A stretch of 50,367 nucleotides of DNA from a virus (lineage: Duplodnaviria > Caudoviricetes), in IMG/VR virus record IMGVR_UViG_3300032328_001047, positions 1-50,367 of that record. One strand, given 5' to 3'. Each line of letters starts with the position of its first letter. The stretch's first letter is position 1. This document shows, piece by piece, positions 9,083-18,631 of this stretch. The translations under genes were made by a program, and so were the position numbers. The notes under the pieces are model-generated. The model saw nothing but the letters and a program-made list of their open reading frames with translations. It searched no databases and was not told the DNA's origin.

Positions 9083-9544
9083 TCATTCGGCCAAACTTTT
9101 ATTACTAAATTCTTTTATACCCGTTACTTCATATATGATTTCTTTTTCAACATATTTTGGTAATGAATATTTTTCATTAATATCACCAAGCTCAATCTCC
9201 ATAATGACAATATTCATACCTTCATATTTGTCAATTTCCAATTTATGACCTTTATGTTTAACAACAGTTCTTGTTTTTTTAATATGGAGTGAGTTAACTA
9301 AATCTAATTGTTGAAATTCCTCAGGTGTTAAGGTTGTTTCTTCCTCAGTATTAATTCCTTTGGCAATATTTGTTTTTTTGGTTTTAAAAATATGAATTTC
9401 ACCAGTTGGAATTTCAATTTGATATCTATATCTAAAACCGTCAGCGTGATACCACTGCTCAATTTGATAAACCGTATTGATTTTAGCAAGACGTGGGAAT
9501 CTTTTTAATAAAAATTTACGTTCAATTTCCTGAAATGTTATCAT
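9083..9544 (-). CDS. CYTH domain protein (triphosphate tunnel metalloenzyme)
   Basis: EIERKFL, IKKTR, LEIDKY, MEIEL, EVTG..FSNKSLA. Confidence 0.88.
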   Translation of the reverse strand: MITFQEIERKFLLKRFPRLAKINTVYQIEQWYHADGFRYRYQIEIPTGEIHIFKTKKTNIAKGINTEEETTLTPEEFQQLDLVNSLHIKKTRTVVKHKGHKLEIDKYEGMNIVIMEIELGDINEKYSLPKYVEKEIIYEVTGIKEFSNKSLAE

Positions 9545-9590
9545 ACAACAAAGATAAATAAAAAACCCGAGACTTTTACATCTCGGGTTA
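9542..9590 (-). promoter_or_regulatory. Terminator hairpin plus TATCTTTG promoter module, copy 1
   Basis: AACCCGAGA/TCTCGGGTT hairpin, T tract, TATCTTTG, 4 nt, ATG; 46/49 identical to 13207-13255. Confidence 0.8.
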
Positions 9591-9594
9591 ATTT

Positions 9595-11127
9595 TTATTT
9601 TAATAAAGACCTAATCTTTGTTAGTGTCGTTTCGTTATGAAATTCACCGTTGATGTAAATTGTTCTTAATTCACCGGATTCTTCTGTTCTCCAATCACAA
9701 TGGTCAATTAATTCATAGGTACCATCGTTTTCGTTTTCAAACACCGATAACAAACCAGTTGCTGATTTCTTAGTTCCGTCATCTGTGATTGGGTCTTTGA
9801 AGATTTCTCTACCAACAATTTTAGTGTTTAATCCTTGGTCAATCATATCACCGTATACAGGTTCTTGAAGTTCTACATACGTTGCTTTCATAGCAAATCC
9901 AAATGTGTCACGGGTATTGTATTGGTATGTGAATGAACCAATGCCTAACACTACGTTTGTAGATGCAAAACCTTTGGACTCTAAACGTTTACAAATTTCA
10001 TCCGCTCTTTCAATGGTAATTGAATCTCCGTAGATTGCTCCAATGTGTGAGTCAAGAACTTTATAACCTTGTTCGTTTACGGTTCCGCCAAATACATCCC
10101 AAAGTAATTCAATAACACCTTTTTCCTGTGGTGTCCAATTAGTTCTATTTTTACCTGCAATTCCTGTTCTATATGCTGGGTTTACACTACCACAAAGAAT
10201 ATCAACTGGGTCACCTGAGTCAGGACGAATAACCAATTTACCATCACGAGCCATAATCTCTTCTTTCAAAGTAACTACGTGTTCGGTACATACTTTCCAC
10301 AAGTCCCAAGTATCTGATACAACTGAAAGAATACCTTTAGGATATGTATTCAACAATCTACGGAATGTTTCAACCTCATCTTCTTTGGTTCCCGCACACA
10401 TTACAGAATGCTCTGTTGCTGGTACTGAACCACAAACAAACTCAGTTTCACCATAGTATTTACGTGCTCCGTAGATAGTTGGTAATGAATCTGAACCGAA
10501 GAATGAAGTTAAATGACCAAGACCTGAACTGATGGTTGCTTCCGCAGAATCCATACCTCTCATTGAGAAGTCGTGTCCTTGCCAATCAATAAACCAAGCA
10601 TTTTCCTTATCGGTTTTTTCTATCCACTTGGTCAATACCTTACGATATTGGTTAGCAATGGTTGCTGATGTCATTGGTTTCCACAATAAGTTAGACAAAA
10701 GAGTTTCCAAATAGTTAGTCAACCAATAGAAATCAGGATGTGTATTGTAGATAGTCAACACAGGTACCTTAATTGGGACTTTCTTACCTTCAGTAATACT
10801 TTTTACGATGATTGGTAAGTAACCTAAGTCATGTAATTTTTCAATGTGTGTGACATCATAGTCAGTTCCCAAGTACATGGACAACTCACGTTTAACTTCA
10901 CCACAAACCACATCTTTTGGTTGTGAGAAAAACCCTTCTTGGAACATCTCATGGATTTGTTTCATAACCATTTGACTTCCAAAAACAACAACTTGGTCAC
11001 ACCCTTTCGGTGCGTACTTGTTGCTTCTTGGTGTGAAGTTAGAATACACTAAAGTTGTTCCTTCAGGGTACTGTTGATGATGGCCAGTCTTGTAGCCATC
11101 TGTCAATAAAAATGGATTGATTTTCAT
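9595..11127 (-). CDS. Nicotinamide phosphoribosyltransferase-like (NadV/Namat)
   Basis: TDGYKTGH, HDFSMRG, VPATEHSVM, SVVSDTWD, VIRPDSGDP, IYGDSIT, KDPITDDGTKKS. Confidence 0.92.
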   Translation of the reverse strand: MKINPFLLTDGYKTGHHQQYPEGTTLVYSNFTPRSNKYAPKGCDQVVVFGSQMVMKQIHEMFQEGFFSQPKDVVCGEVKRELSMYLGTDYDVTHIEKLHDLGYLPIIVKSITEGKKVPIKVPVLTIYNTHPDFYWLTNYLETLLSNLLWKPMTSATIANQYRKVLTKWIEKTDKENAWFIDWQGHDFSMRGMDSAEATISSGLGHLTSFFGSDSLPTIYGARKYYGETEFVCGSVPATEHSVMCAGTKEDEVETFRRLLNTYPKGILSVVSDTWDLWKVCTEHVVTLKEEIMARDGKLVIRPDSGDPVDILCGSVNPAYRTGIAGKNRTNWTPQEKGVIELLWDVFGGTVNEQGYKVLDSHIGAIYGDSITIERADEICKRLESKGFASTNVVLGIGSFTYQYNTRDTFGFAMKATYVELQEPVYGDMIDQGLNTKIVGREIFKDPITDDGTKKSATGLLSVFENENDGTYELIDHCDWRTEESGELRTIYINGEFHNETTLTKIRSLLK

Positions 11128-11157
11128 ATATTGTTTTTATTTATTTTTTTCTTTTTT

Positions 11158-11481
11158 TTACCAAAAATATCTTACGTATTCTATTTCATATTTGTCCCAC
11201 ACTTGATATACAGCTTGAACAAATGGACGAACCCATTCTCCTTCTTCTTTTATCAAATACTCAAGTTTAGATTCTAAACTATCACCTAAATCATTACTAA
11301 CGATAGTGTCATTTCTAACCTCCACATCAAAATGATGGAGCCATATATGCCATAGGTCTTTATAGTGACCACCTGCTATTTTATGGTAATCTCTGAAGTA
11401 TTCTTCACCAATACCCATTTCTTTACAGATTTCTGATTGGATATCCAACCACTCATAGTAAGTAATTATAGTCCTTTTCAT
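11158..11481 (-). CDS. Hypothetical protein
   Basis: 107-aa ORF in operon. Confidence 0.65.
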   Translation of the reverse strand: MKRTIITYYEWLDIQSEICKEMGIGEEYFRDYHKIAGGHYKDLWHIWLHHFDVEVRNDTIVSNDLGDSLESKLEYLIKEEGEWVRPFVQAVYQVWDKYEIEYVRYFW

Positions 11482-11484
11482 TGT

Positions 11485-11904
11485 TTATTTTGTCAAAAGA
11501 TAATAGGTTCCAAATAATTGAATGTAATGTAACACTTGGTCAAATCCAATTACCGTGAATGCACCGAAGTTAGGAATTGGTGACCCGTATTCATTGTTAG
11601 CAAATTTACGACTTACAATCTTGCTGGTGAAATAATCCGTTAAAGTGTGGAAAACAAAAGTTATTAATGGAAATAATATCATCCATTCAGACCATTCAAG
11701 GTCTTTTATCTTAGGTCCCCCAAAGTGATTTCCCCATACCGATAATCCAAACATTACAATATACCAAATCAATGAATACGTTGCCGTGTGTTTCAAAAGA
11801 GCCTTAAAACTCTTACTCTTGTTTACAGCCCATTCTTCAGATTGGAAGATAAAATCCGCAACCCAATGGATGAAGATAATTGATAAAATTACTGTTAGTG
11901 TCAT
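11485..11904 (-). CDS. DUF3307-like membrane protein
   Basis: HWVADF.FQ, HTLTDY, DQVLH; start adjusted to ATG 11904. Confidence 0.75.
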   Translation of the reverse strand: MTLTVILSIIFIHWVADFIFQSEEWAVNKSKSFKALLKHTATYSLIWYIVMFGLSVWGNHFGGPKIKDLEWSEWMILFPLITFVFHTLTDYFTSKIVSRKFANNEYGSPIPNFGAFTVIGFDQVLHYIQLFGTYYLLTK

Positions 11905-11905
11905 A

Positions 11906-12013
11906 TTATTTTTTATTAAAAAAATCAGTGTAAATTGATAATAAAGCAACACATACACATATACCTATTACGATAATTGCAGTGACTTGGGCAACGGGAT
12001 GTAAGTTTTCCAT
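11906..12013 (-). CDS. 35-aa membrane peptide
   Basis: Manual translation MENLHPVAQVTAIIVIGICVCVALLSIYTDFFNKK; fills the gap between neighbours almost exactly. Confidence 0.6.
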   Translation of the reverse strand: MENLHPVAQVTAIIVIGICVCVALLSIYTDFFNKK

Positions 12014-12014
12014 A

Positions 12015-12965
12015 TTAAAATACGTTTAATTGTTTTACAAAGTTGTGAATTGTTGTGGGTACTGGAAATGCGTTTACGATGGTACCGTCTTGAATGTCTT
12101 TAACACTATTTGTTGTGTAGATACCTGAGACGTATTCTGCCAAACCTTCAAATCCTTGACTGAAGATTCCGTGTGTTACAACAAGATAAATCTCACCGAT
12201 GAACTTTTTATCAGACTTAATCGCCTTAGCAATTTCAATAAACGTCCTACCACCATCGCAAATGTCATCAATGATAAAGATGTCTTTATCCAAGTAATCA
12301 TTAGTAATGTTTAATGGAACATTGGTTCTCTCAATTTGACCTGTAATAGGGTTTCTATATTTTGTTGCCACAATAACATCTGATTTATACCCGATGTGTT
12401 GAGCAACTTCATAAATCTTTTTCAAGGCACCTGCGTCAGGTGAAACAAGTAATATATTATCAACATTCTCTTGTTCCCATGTTTTATATCCTTTTAATAA
12501 AAAATAATCTTTGAAAACAAAGTTGAGCAATTCTCTAGTACCTATCTTACGGAAATTGTCAATACAAGCCTCAAGTACATCACTATGTGGGTCCATAACT
12601 TCAACCTCTTCATAACCTTGTAGATTGATGATAGGTGCAATAACATCCTTAATGTAGTTGATACTACCTTTCATGAATTTACGGTCACTTCTTCCACCTA
12701 AACAATAAGGAATATAAAGACGAATTCGTTTGATACCAAGATTTTTTAACGATTGGGTAGCACAAAGAATAATTTCCAAATCTTCAAAACTATTCAATCT
12801 TGATTTAATTGTTATGCTATGTTTTTTAGCATATTCTCTTAATGTCTCAAAGGTGTTGTAATCATCCTCAATCAAATTGAATGAATGTTGACCATCAGGG
12901 AAATAGCTGACCTCATATTTGAATGAGTATCTGTCATTTGGGTTTACTAAGTTTATAACTTCCAT
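12015..12965 (-). CDS. Ribose-phosphate pyrophosphokinase-like (PRS/Adps)
   Basis: FPDGQ, LYIPY...RSDRKF, DPHS, VSPDAGA, IIDDICDGGRTF, VTHGIFS. Confidence 0.92.
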   Translation of the reverse strand: MEVINLVNPNDRYSFKYEVSYFPDGQHSFNLIEDDYNTFETLREYAKKHSITIKSRLNSFEDLEIILCATQSLKNLGIKRIRLYIPYCLGGRSDRKFMKGSINYIKDVIAPIINLQGYEEVEVMDPHSDVLEACIDNFRKIGTRELLNFVFKDYFLLKGYKTWEQENVDNILLVSPDAGALKKIYEVAQHIGYKSDVIVATKYRNPITGQIERTNVPLNITNDYLDKDIFIIDDICDGGRTFIEIAKAIKSDKKFIGEIYLVVTHGIFSQGFEGLAEYVSGIYTTNSVKDIQDGTIVNAFPVPTTIHNFVKQLNVF

Positions 12966-12981
12966 AAAAATATCATTTTTT

Positions 12982-13209
12982 TTAATAAAACGAATATGAA
13001 TTTAAATCTGTAAAATCCCTAATTGACATTAAAAAAGAATATTCTCTATTCAATTCTTTTCTACGTTTCTTCTTAAGTTTCCTTGGAAGTTTTGGAGTTT
13101 CTTCATAAAACTCTCGTATCAATTCAGTGATTCTATCATCACATTTCTTCGTACCTAGTTCAAAGGTGTCCATCAAACTATTAAGATAAGGTAAAAAAAC
13201 ATTCATCAT
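12982..13209 (-). CDS. Small basic hypothetical protein
   Basis: KLPRKLKKKRRK; directly after promoter. Confidence 0.6.
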   Translation of the reverse strand: MMNVFLPYLNSLMDTFELGTKKCDDRITELIREFYEETPKLPRKLKKKRRKELNREYSFLMSIRDFTDLNSYSFY

Positions 13210-13255
13210 ACCACAAAGATAAACAAAAAACCCGAGACTTTCACATCTCGGGTTA
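13207..13255 (-). promoter_or_regulatory. Terminator hairpin plus TATCTTTG promoter module, copy 2
   Basis: Near-identical to 9542-9590. Confidence 0.8.
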
Positions 13256-13262
13256 TTTTTTT

Positions 13263-14114
13263 TTACTTATTTAATCCAAACATTAGGTTTTGATTACTTC
13301 CAAGAATTGTACTTGGAACATCACCTCGCCATTTCTCAATCCACATTTGTTGTAGTAACAATGGTGTCAAAGTTTGTTGTCTCAATTTATTTGACTCGGC
13401 TTCTGCCCTTGCGTTGGTTAATAGTGATTGTGCATTACCTTCAGCCGTTGCAATCTTGATTCTTGCTTGTGCTTCAGCGGTCTTGACTTGATTTTCAGCC
13501 ATCAACGCTGATTGTACCGCGTTATTCTTAGCCTCAATTGCTTTCTTAAATGTTTCAGGGTAAACCAAGTTGGATGTGAATTGTTGTAATATAAATCCTT
13601 CAGGTGATAATTGTCTCTCCAAAACCTGACGAACTTTAATTTCAAATTCTTGTCTATTAGATATAAGAGCGTCTGCGTTATAACTGTTGGCAACCACACG
13701 GAATGCGTCAAAAATAGATGTTTTTAAGAATCCTGCTTCAATACGTTCCAACTGTACACGGTACTTAGCAAATATATATGGAACCTTTTCTCGTTTAACA
13801 GAATAGTTTACCATTGGTGAACAATGGAACTCGGAACCATCTTTTGAGTTCACAACAAAAGATTCATCCATGTCCTCAGTTTTCTTATATTCTTTATGTT
13901 GAACATAAGTTGGGAACTCGATAATTTTAGTCGATATTGGGTTATATAATACCCATCCTGTAACCTCAGTTACATCATCCACACCTTTACCATCACCATA
14001 AAGGTTTACTTTAACACCTACGTGTCCTGCGTCAATTCGTTCACATCCTGTGAACCCGAAAATCAAAAGTACCAATACTGATACACCGATTAAAAGTTTA
14101 GTTAGATTGCTCAT
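13263..14114 (-). CDS. SPFH/band 7 (prohibitin-like) membrane protein
   Basis: IDAGHVGVKV, AIEAK, coiled-coil AEA repeats, WIEKWRGDVP. Confidence 0.88.
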   Translation of the reverse strand: MSNLTKLLIGVSVLVLLIFGFTGCERIDAGHVGVKVNLYGDGKGVDDVTEVTGWVLYNPISTKIIEFPTYVQHKEYKKTEDMDESFVVNSKDGSEFHCSPMVNYSVKREKVPYIFAKYRVQLERIEAGFLKTSIFDAFRVVANSYNADALISNRQEFEIKVRQVLERQLSPEGFILQQFTSNLVYPETFKKAIEAKNNAVQSALMAENQVKTAEAQARIKIATAEGNAQSLLTNARAEAESNKLRQQTLTPLLLQQMWIEKWRGDVPSTILGSNQNLMFGLNK

Positions 14115-14355
14115 TGTTATTTTTTGTTTTTGTTTTTTTTACGTAATTGATAATTGCCATAATACCAACCCAGATGGATATAGTTTGAATATAAAATAAC
14201 ACGAGTGTTAGTATAATACCCACATTAAATGAGATTGTACTTGCTGTGTTAACCACACTCAACGTATATCTTAAAAGTTGGTTTGAAATAAATAGGACAA
14301 GACAAGTGATAATCATTTGTAGTCCAAAATCTAATTTATAAAATTTGTTAAACAT
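14098..14355 (-). CDS. Two-helix membrane protein
   Basis: Two hydrophobic segments; overlaps SPFH start. Confidence 0.65.
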   Translation of the reverse strand: MFNKFYKLDFGLQMIITCLVLFISNQLLRYTLSVVNTASTISFNVGIILTLVLFYIQTISIWVGIMAIINYVKKTKTKNNNEQSN

Positions 14356-14370
14356 GTTTAAAGTATAGTT

Positions 14371-14748
14371 TTATTTTTTTAACCAATCAACTAAGTTTTC
14401 AAATGGTTCAATAAAAATTTTACCAATCCACCCATCAAAGGAATATTCGTATTCAACATCTTTTTGAAACTCTTCAATAATTGGTGTTAATATTTCAATA
14501 AATTTATTCATAAAATCAGTATCGTTAATCGTATAATTATCAAAAGTCACATTTCTAATGTAACTTTTAGCAATACTATTAATAGTGTACCTATTCATAT
14601 CATTTATGTCATGTGAATGGTTTATACCATTATAACTAATCGTTAATTCTTGATATTTTTTAGTCGTATACGGACTTTTTTCCCAATAAATCTCAAATTT
14701 TAGATTTTTTTCACTTATAGATGAATAATACATTTTTGATTTACTCAT
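14371..14748 (-). CDS. Hypothetical protein
   Basis: ATGA overlap with upstream gene. Confidence 0.65.
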   Translation of the reverse strand: MSKSKMYYSSISEKNLKFEIYWEKSPYTTKKYQELTISYNGINHSHDINDMNRYTINSIAKSYIRNVTFDNYTINDTDFMNKFIEILTPIIEEFQKDVEYEYSFDGWIGKIFIEPFENLVDWLKK

Positions 14749-15014
14749 ATATATTTTGACACCAACTCCTTAATGGCTTGTTCTTCTTCAAGAGTAACCC
14801 TTTGTCTTAAGTCAGACAATTTACCAACCATGTCCATCCACTCTATTTCAAGTAAGGTTGGTTTTTCAGAACCAGGTGACGAATTTCTTCCAACTTTTCG
14901 TATAACCCACCCTCTATCAACCAATTCATCAATTAATTCTTGTAATTCTTGTCTTGAGCATTCATCCACATATTCAAATGGTTCAATGTCTACTTCTGTT
15001 CTAAATTCTGGCAT
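14745..15014 (-). CDS. Hypothetical protein
   Basis: 89-aa ORF in operon. Confidence 0.65.
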   Translation of the reverse strand: MPEFRTEVDIEPFEYVDECSRQELQELIDELVDRGWVIRKVGRNSSPGSEKPTLLEIEWMDMVGKLSDLRQRVTLEEEQAIKELVSKYI

Positions 15015-15018
15015 AACT

Positions 15019-15231
15019 TTATATTTTAATTTTTATTATCTTTTCTTGTTTAACTCGTTCATCCATTTCAATATCATCAAGACATTGTTGGTAGGCGGAT
15101 TTCAAAGACCGCCCACCCCAATCTAAATTAGTAATCTCAGGACTATTCCAATTATCTTCATTCCACATAGAATACCATCCACGTGACTTGACCAATGAAA
15201 CCATTTCATCTAGGGTTACAGTTTCTTCCAT
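15019..15231 (-). CDS. Hypothetical protein
   Basis: Likely start ATG 15231 overlapping the ligase end. Confidence 0.55.
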   Translation of the reverse strand: MEETVTLDEMVSLVKSRGWYSMWNEDNWNSPEITNLDWGGRSLKSAYQQCLDDIEMDERVKQEKIIKIKI

Positions 15232-16247
15232 TCCGGTTTCAATATGTTCCATATTAATTTATCATAAGGTTTTCCATCCCACATGGCAAACATCACCGCT
15301 CTATAAGGTGGATGTCCGTAATTCATAACATGTTCTGCGAACTGTTTTTTGGTGGGTTCAACTTCTCTATCACCATACTTTCCATATCGGAAATACTGGT
15401 GTGCCTTCCCACAATCTTCAGATACTCGGTAAAAACCATACTTTAACAAATCTGCATAATCTTTTACTTTCTTATAAAATTCATCAGGTACGTCCTTTAA
15501 GAACTCGTTGATATCACCACCATTGGATAGGAACTCCCATACACCAGTGGTTGAAACATTTGTCATTATCTTATGAAGACGCAAATATTCCTCACCCTTG
15601 ATTTTCATTCGGTTTCCATTAGAGAAACGAACAACAAACCCTTCAGCGTTCTGCTCAACTTTATCCTTCAATTCGGAATAATCCCGAATTCCATCGTATT
15701 TTTTGACAACATCAAACCCATCAAACAATTCATTGTGTGGAAGTTCTTCACCAGTATCAGTGTTGATTATACCAAGTAAAACCAAACGTTCTTGACCATT
15801 GTATTCCACTACAATTTTGTTTTGTGGAAAAATTATCTCATACAGATAAGTGAACCCGTCAACAATCATGTCTTGGTAGTTGTGTTTTTGTGCAAACTCG
15901 GTCATCCATTTTGACTGGTCAGATGTAAATGAACCACGAGTGGCACATACCATTTTACCATTGTATTTGAACATGATTCCCAATGAACCGTCCATCTTAT
16001 CAAATACCTCAAAATCAGATGTTGGTGTGTGTTTATTTTCTTCTAAGTTAAAGAACTTTTTAAATGGTCGAGCAACAACATTACCTTCAGTATCTGTTAC
16101 CAAACCACGGCACTGTAAAGTTACTTCATCCCACTTTTCACCGTATTGAACAGCTGGAGTATAATTCCATATTGTCAATGGTAATGTTGGATGTGTCTGT
16201 TTATATAACAGACCATCATTATGATATTTGTTTAATTTAGGTAACAC
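15216..16247 (-). CDS. RNA ligase, T4 Rnl1-like
   Basis: CRGLV, RPFKKFFN, motif I DKMDGS, EGFVV, KIK; GTG start. Confidence 0.9.
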   Translation of the reverse strand: MLPKLNKYHNDGLLYKQTHPTLPLTIWNYTPAVQYGEKWDEVTLQCRGLVTDTEGNVVARPFKKFFNLEENKHTPTSDFEVFDKMDGSLGIMFKYNGKMVCATRGSFTSDQSKWMTEFAQKHNYQDMIVDGFTYLYEIIFPQNKIVVEYNGQERLVLLGIINTDTGEELPHNELFDGFDVVKKYDGIRDYSELKDKVEQNAEGFVVRFSNGNRMKIKGEEYLRLHKIMTNVSTTGVWEFLSNGGDINEFLKDVPDEFYKKVKDYADLLKYGFYRVSEDCGKAHQYFRYGKYGDREVEPTKKQFAEHVMNYGHPPYRAVMFAMWDGKPYDKLIWNILKPEWKKL

Positions 16248-16265
16248 AGTACAAAGATAATAAAA

Positions 16266-16952
16266 TTATTTGATAATATGAAATTTCATGTCATGAATTA
16301 CTTTCATTCCTATTTTTTTGTGTCCATCAGGATTCATATGACATAATCCATCCCAACATCCTGTTCTATCAATTACACGAGTATCGATAACCTTGGCACC
16401 TGATATTGAATCCAATAACATTTTTTGAAACTGAGCGTATCTTGGTCCATATGCGGGGTTTGGTGTTCTTGTACACTTTATTGGGTCAAACCCTGTCAAC
16501 ACAACACAATGAATATTATATGTGTTACACAAATCAACAATTTGTTGAATGTTTGAAACCGCACGTTTAGGTGTTATTGATTTTGTGTACATATCATTAG
16601 CACCACCATAGACAAAGCAATAGTCAATTCCTTTATGTAAAGATGTTTTAGCCATTTCAAGCATCCAACCTGTAGTCTTACCTGAAACTGACAAATTATT
16701 CATTTTTAGACCTGTTTTTTTACAAACAACAACTTGCCATCCTGAACTATGATTTGATGTATGTGAATCACCAATAAAAGTCGCATATTTTTTGTTAACA
16801 CTAACAACGGTGTCTTGAACTTTTGGTATTACAATGATTGTGTCATTTGATGATTTGGTTTTCGAATATAGAGTTGAACTAATTCCGATAAAACTTAAAA
16901 TTATTAGAATAATTAAAAGAATAATTACCATTATATTTTTTTTCATAATCAC
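16266..16952 (-). CDS. SGNH/GDSL hydrolase with N-terminal anchor
   Basis: FIGDSHT, SVSG, GGAND, DGLCH catalytic blocks. Confidence 0.85.
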   Translation of the reverse strand: MIMKKNIMVIILLIILIILSFIGISSTLYSKTKSSNDTIIVIPKVQDTVVSVNKKYATFIGDSHTSNHSSGWQVVVCKKTGLKMNNLSVSGKTTGWMLEMAKTSLHKGIDYCFVYGGANDMYTKSITPKRAVSNIQQIVDLCNTYNIHCVVLTGFDPIKCTRTPNPAYGPRYAQFQKMLLDSISGAKVIDTRVIDRTGCWDGLCHMNPDGHKKIGMKVIHDMKFHIIK

Positions 16953-16964
16953 ATTATAATAAAA

Positions 16965-16992
16965 AAACCCAAGACAATCAAATCTTGGGTTT
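16965..16992. terminator. Intrinsic terminator-like hairpin
   Basis: aaacccaaga/tcttgggttt with A and T tracts. Confidence 0.65.
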
Positions 16993-17184
16993 TTTTGTTT
17001 TTAAAATTTTGTAAAACCTGAATGATTTCTTCTTTTTCATTCTACGTTTTATCAAAATTGGTTTTGAAATTGTTTTAACTTTATCTTGATAATTTTTTAA
17101 AATTTTAGGCGGGTCTAATTTAATGGGTTCCTTTTCACACCCTACTAATAAAATACATATTAATATGATTTTATTCAACCACAT
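16978..17184 (-). CDS. Small basic putative lipoprotein
   Basis: Hydrophobic leader ending LLVG-C. Confidence 0.5.
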   Translation of the reverse strand: MWLNKIILICILLVGCEKEPIKLDPPKILKNYQDKVKTISKPILIKRRMKKKKSFRFYKILKTKKPKI

Positions 17185-17214
17185 AATATCTTATTAACAA
17201 TTATGTTTATTGTA

Positions 17215-17652
17215 TCAAAGAGAAATTTCAAACCTTTTTTTCATTGCTTGTAACTTATCTTCAGGTACGCCGTGTTCATTAACACCACCATGTCTATTCT
17301 CCACGATGATACTGAATACACGGTAACCATATTGTTTTGCCAATTCATAATAAGCATCCATCTCCCAATTTTGAGTAAAGGTATTTGATACTACAATGTC
17401 TGAGTTATCCAAACCAGATGTAACATGGTTGTTAATCATTGCCAATTCCACTTCAGATTGACACCACTCGTGAGCCTTTCTTAATTTGGTTGGGTCAAAC
17501 TTATACTCACCATCAACCATAAAATAACTGTCAGCCTCAAAATGAGAATCACCAAGTTGTTTTGCTAAAGTACTTTTTCCCGCTCCTAGTTATGGCACCC
17601 CTCTCAAAAGGTACAAATTTTTAGAGAGGGGTGTTTTTTCTTTAATTTTCAT
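17215..17652 (-). CDS. P-loop polynucleotide-kinase-like protein (AAA_33) with in-frame TAA inside Walker A (bypass candidate or pseudogene)
   Basis: MKIKEKTPLSKNLYLLRGVP*LGAGKSTLAKQLGDSHFEADSYF in frame with track ORF 17215-17520 (AHEWCQ, VVSNTF, HGVPEDKL). Confidence 0.8.
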
Positions 17653-17731
17653 ATATTTATTATTATAATATTAGAGGTTTACTCGGTATTGAATACAAAT
17701 ATAGTAAAAATATTTAATAATAAAACAAAAT

Positions 17732-18631
17732 ATGAAAGAATTTATAAGAAAATGTCCAATATGTGGTCAAATAATCAATTATACCAACAAATATAATTGT
17801 CAAAACGCAGAAAAAAAGAACACAAAATGTAAAAGTTGTGGTATCAAGTTAACAATGACTGACGAAAGAAAAGAACAAATGAAATTACGTGTAATTGGTA
17901 ATAAAAACCCGATGTTTGGGAAACACGGTAATCAAAACCCATTTTATGGAAAAAAACACACTAAAGAAAGTAAGAACAAAATGATTGAGAATAGAGATTA
18001 TTCTTCATATAAAACAGAAGAATTTAGAAAAAAAATTAGTCATTTAAACTCGGGAGATAAAAATCCTATGTTTGGTAAAACAGTATATTCAATTTGGATT
18101 GAGAAATATGGTGAGGATATTGCAAATGAAAGAATGAACGAATTACGACTTAAACAATCTTTAAATAGTTCCGGTAAGAATAATCCTATGTTTGGAAAAC
18201 CATCTCCAAATGGTTCTGGAAATGGTTGGTCAGGTTGGTATAAAAATTGGTTCTTTAGAAGTATCAAAGAATTATCGTACATGATAAACGTAATTGAAAG
18301 GTACAATATGGAATGGGTTAGTGCCGAATCAGATAGTTATAAAATTAATTATAATGACTATAAAAATTCAGAACGAACTTACACCGCAGATTTTATATTA
18401 AATAATAAATACATGGTTGAAATAAAACCAAAAAAATTATGGTCAAGTGATGGTGTTTCAAGAAAAAAAGAAGCTGGTATAAAATTTTGTACACAAAATA
18501 ATCTAATTTATAAATTAAGAGATGTTCCTAATTTATCATTTGAATCTATACTTAATTTATATAATCAAAAAATTATTATTTTTACCGAAAAATATAATGA
18601 TAAGTTTATAAAAAAATTTATAAAAAATTAA
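17732..18631 (+). mobile_element. Free-standing homing endonuclease: Zn finger, NUMOD3 repeats, TnsA-like PD-(D/E)xK nuclease
   Basis: CPIC/CKSC; four NP(M/F)(F/Y)GK repeats; FRSIKE...YTADF...VEIKP; opposite strand to neighbours. Confidence 0.8.

Noticed and set aside
17215-17520. Track ORF as the complete gene
   Set aside because: Lacks the P-loop, which lies in frame upstream
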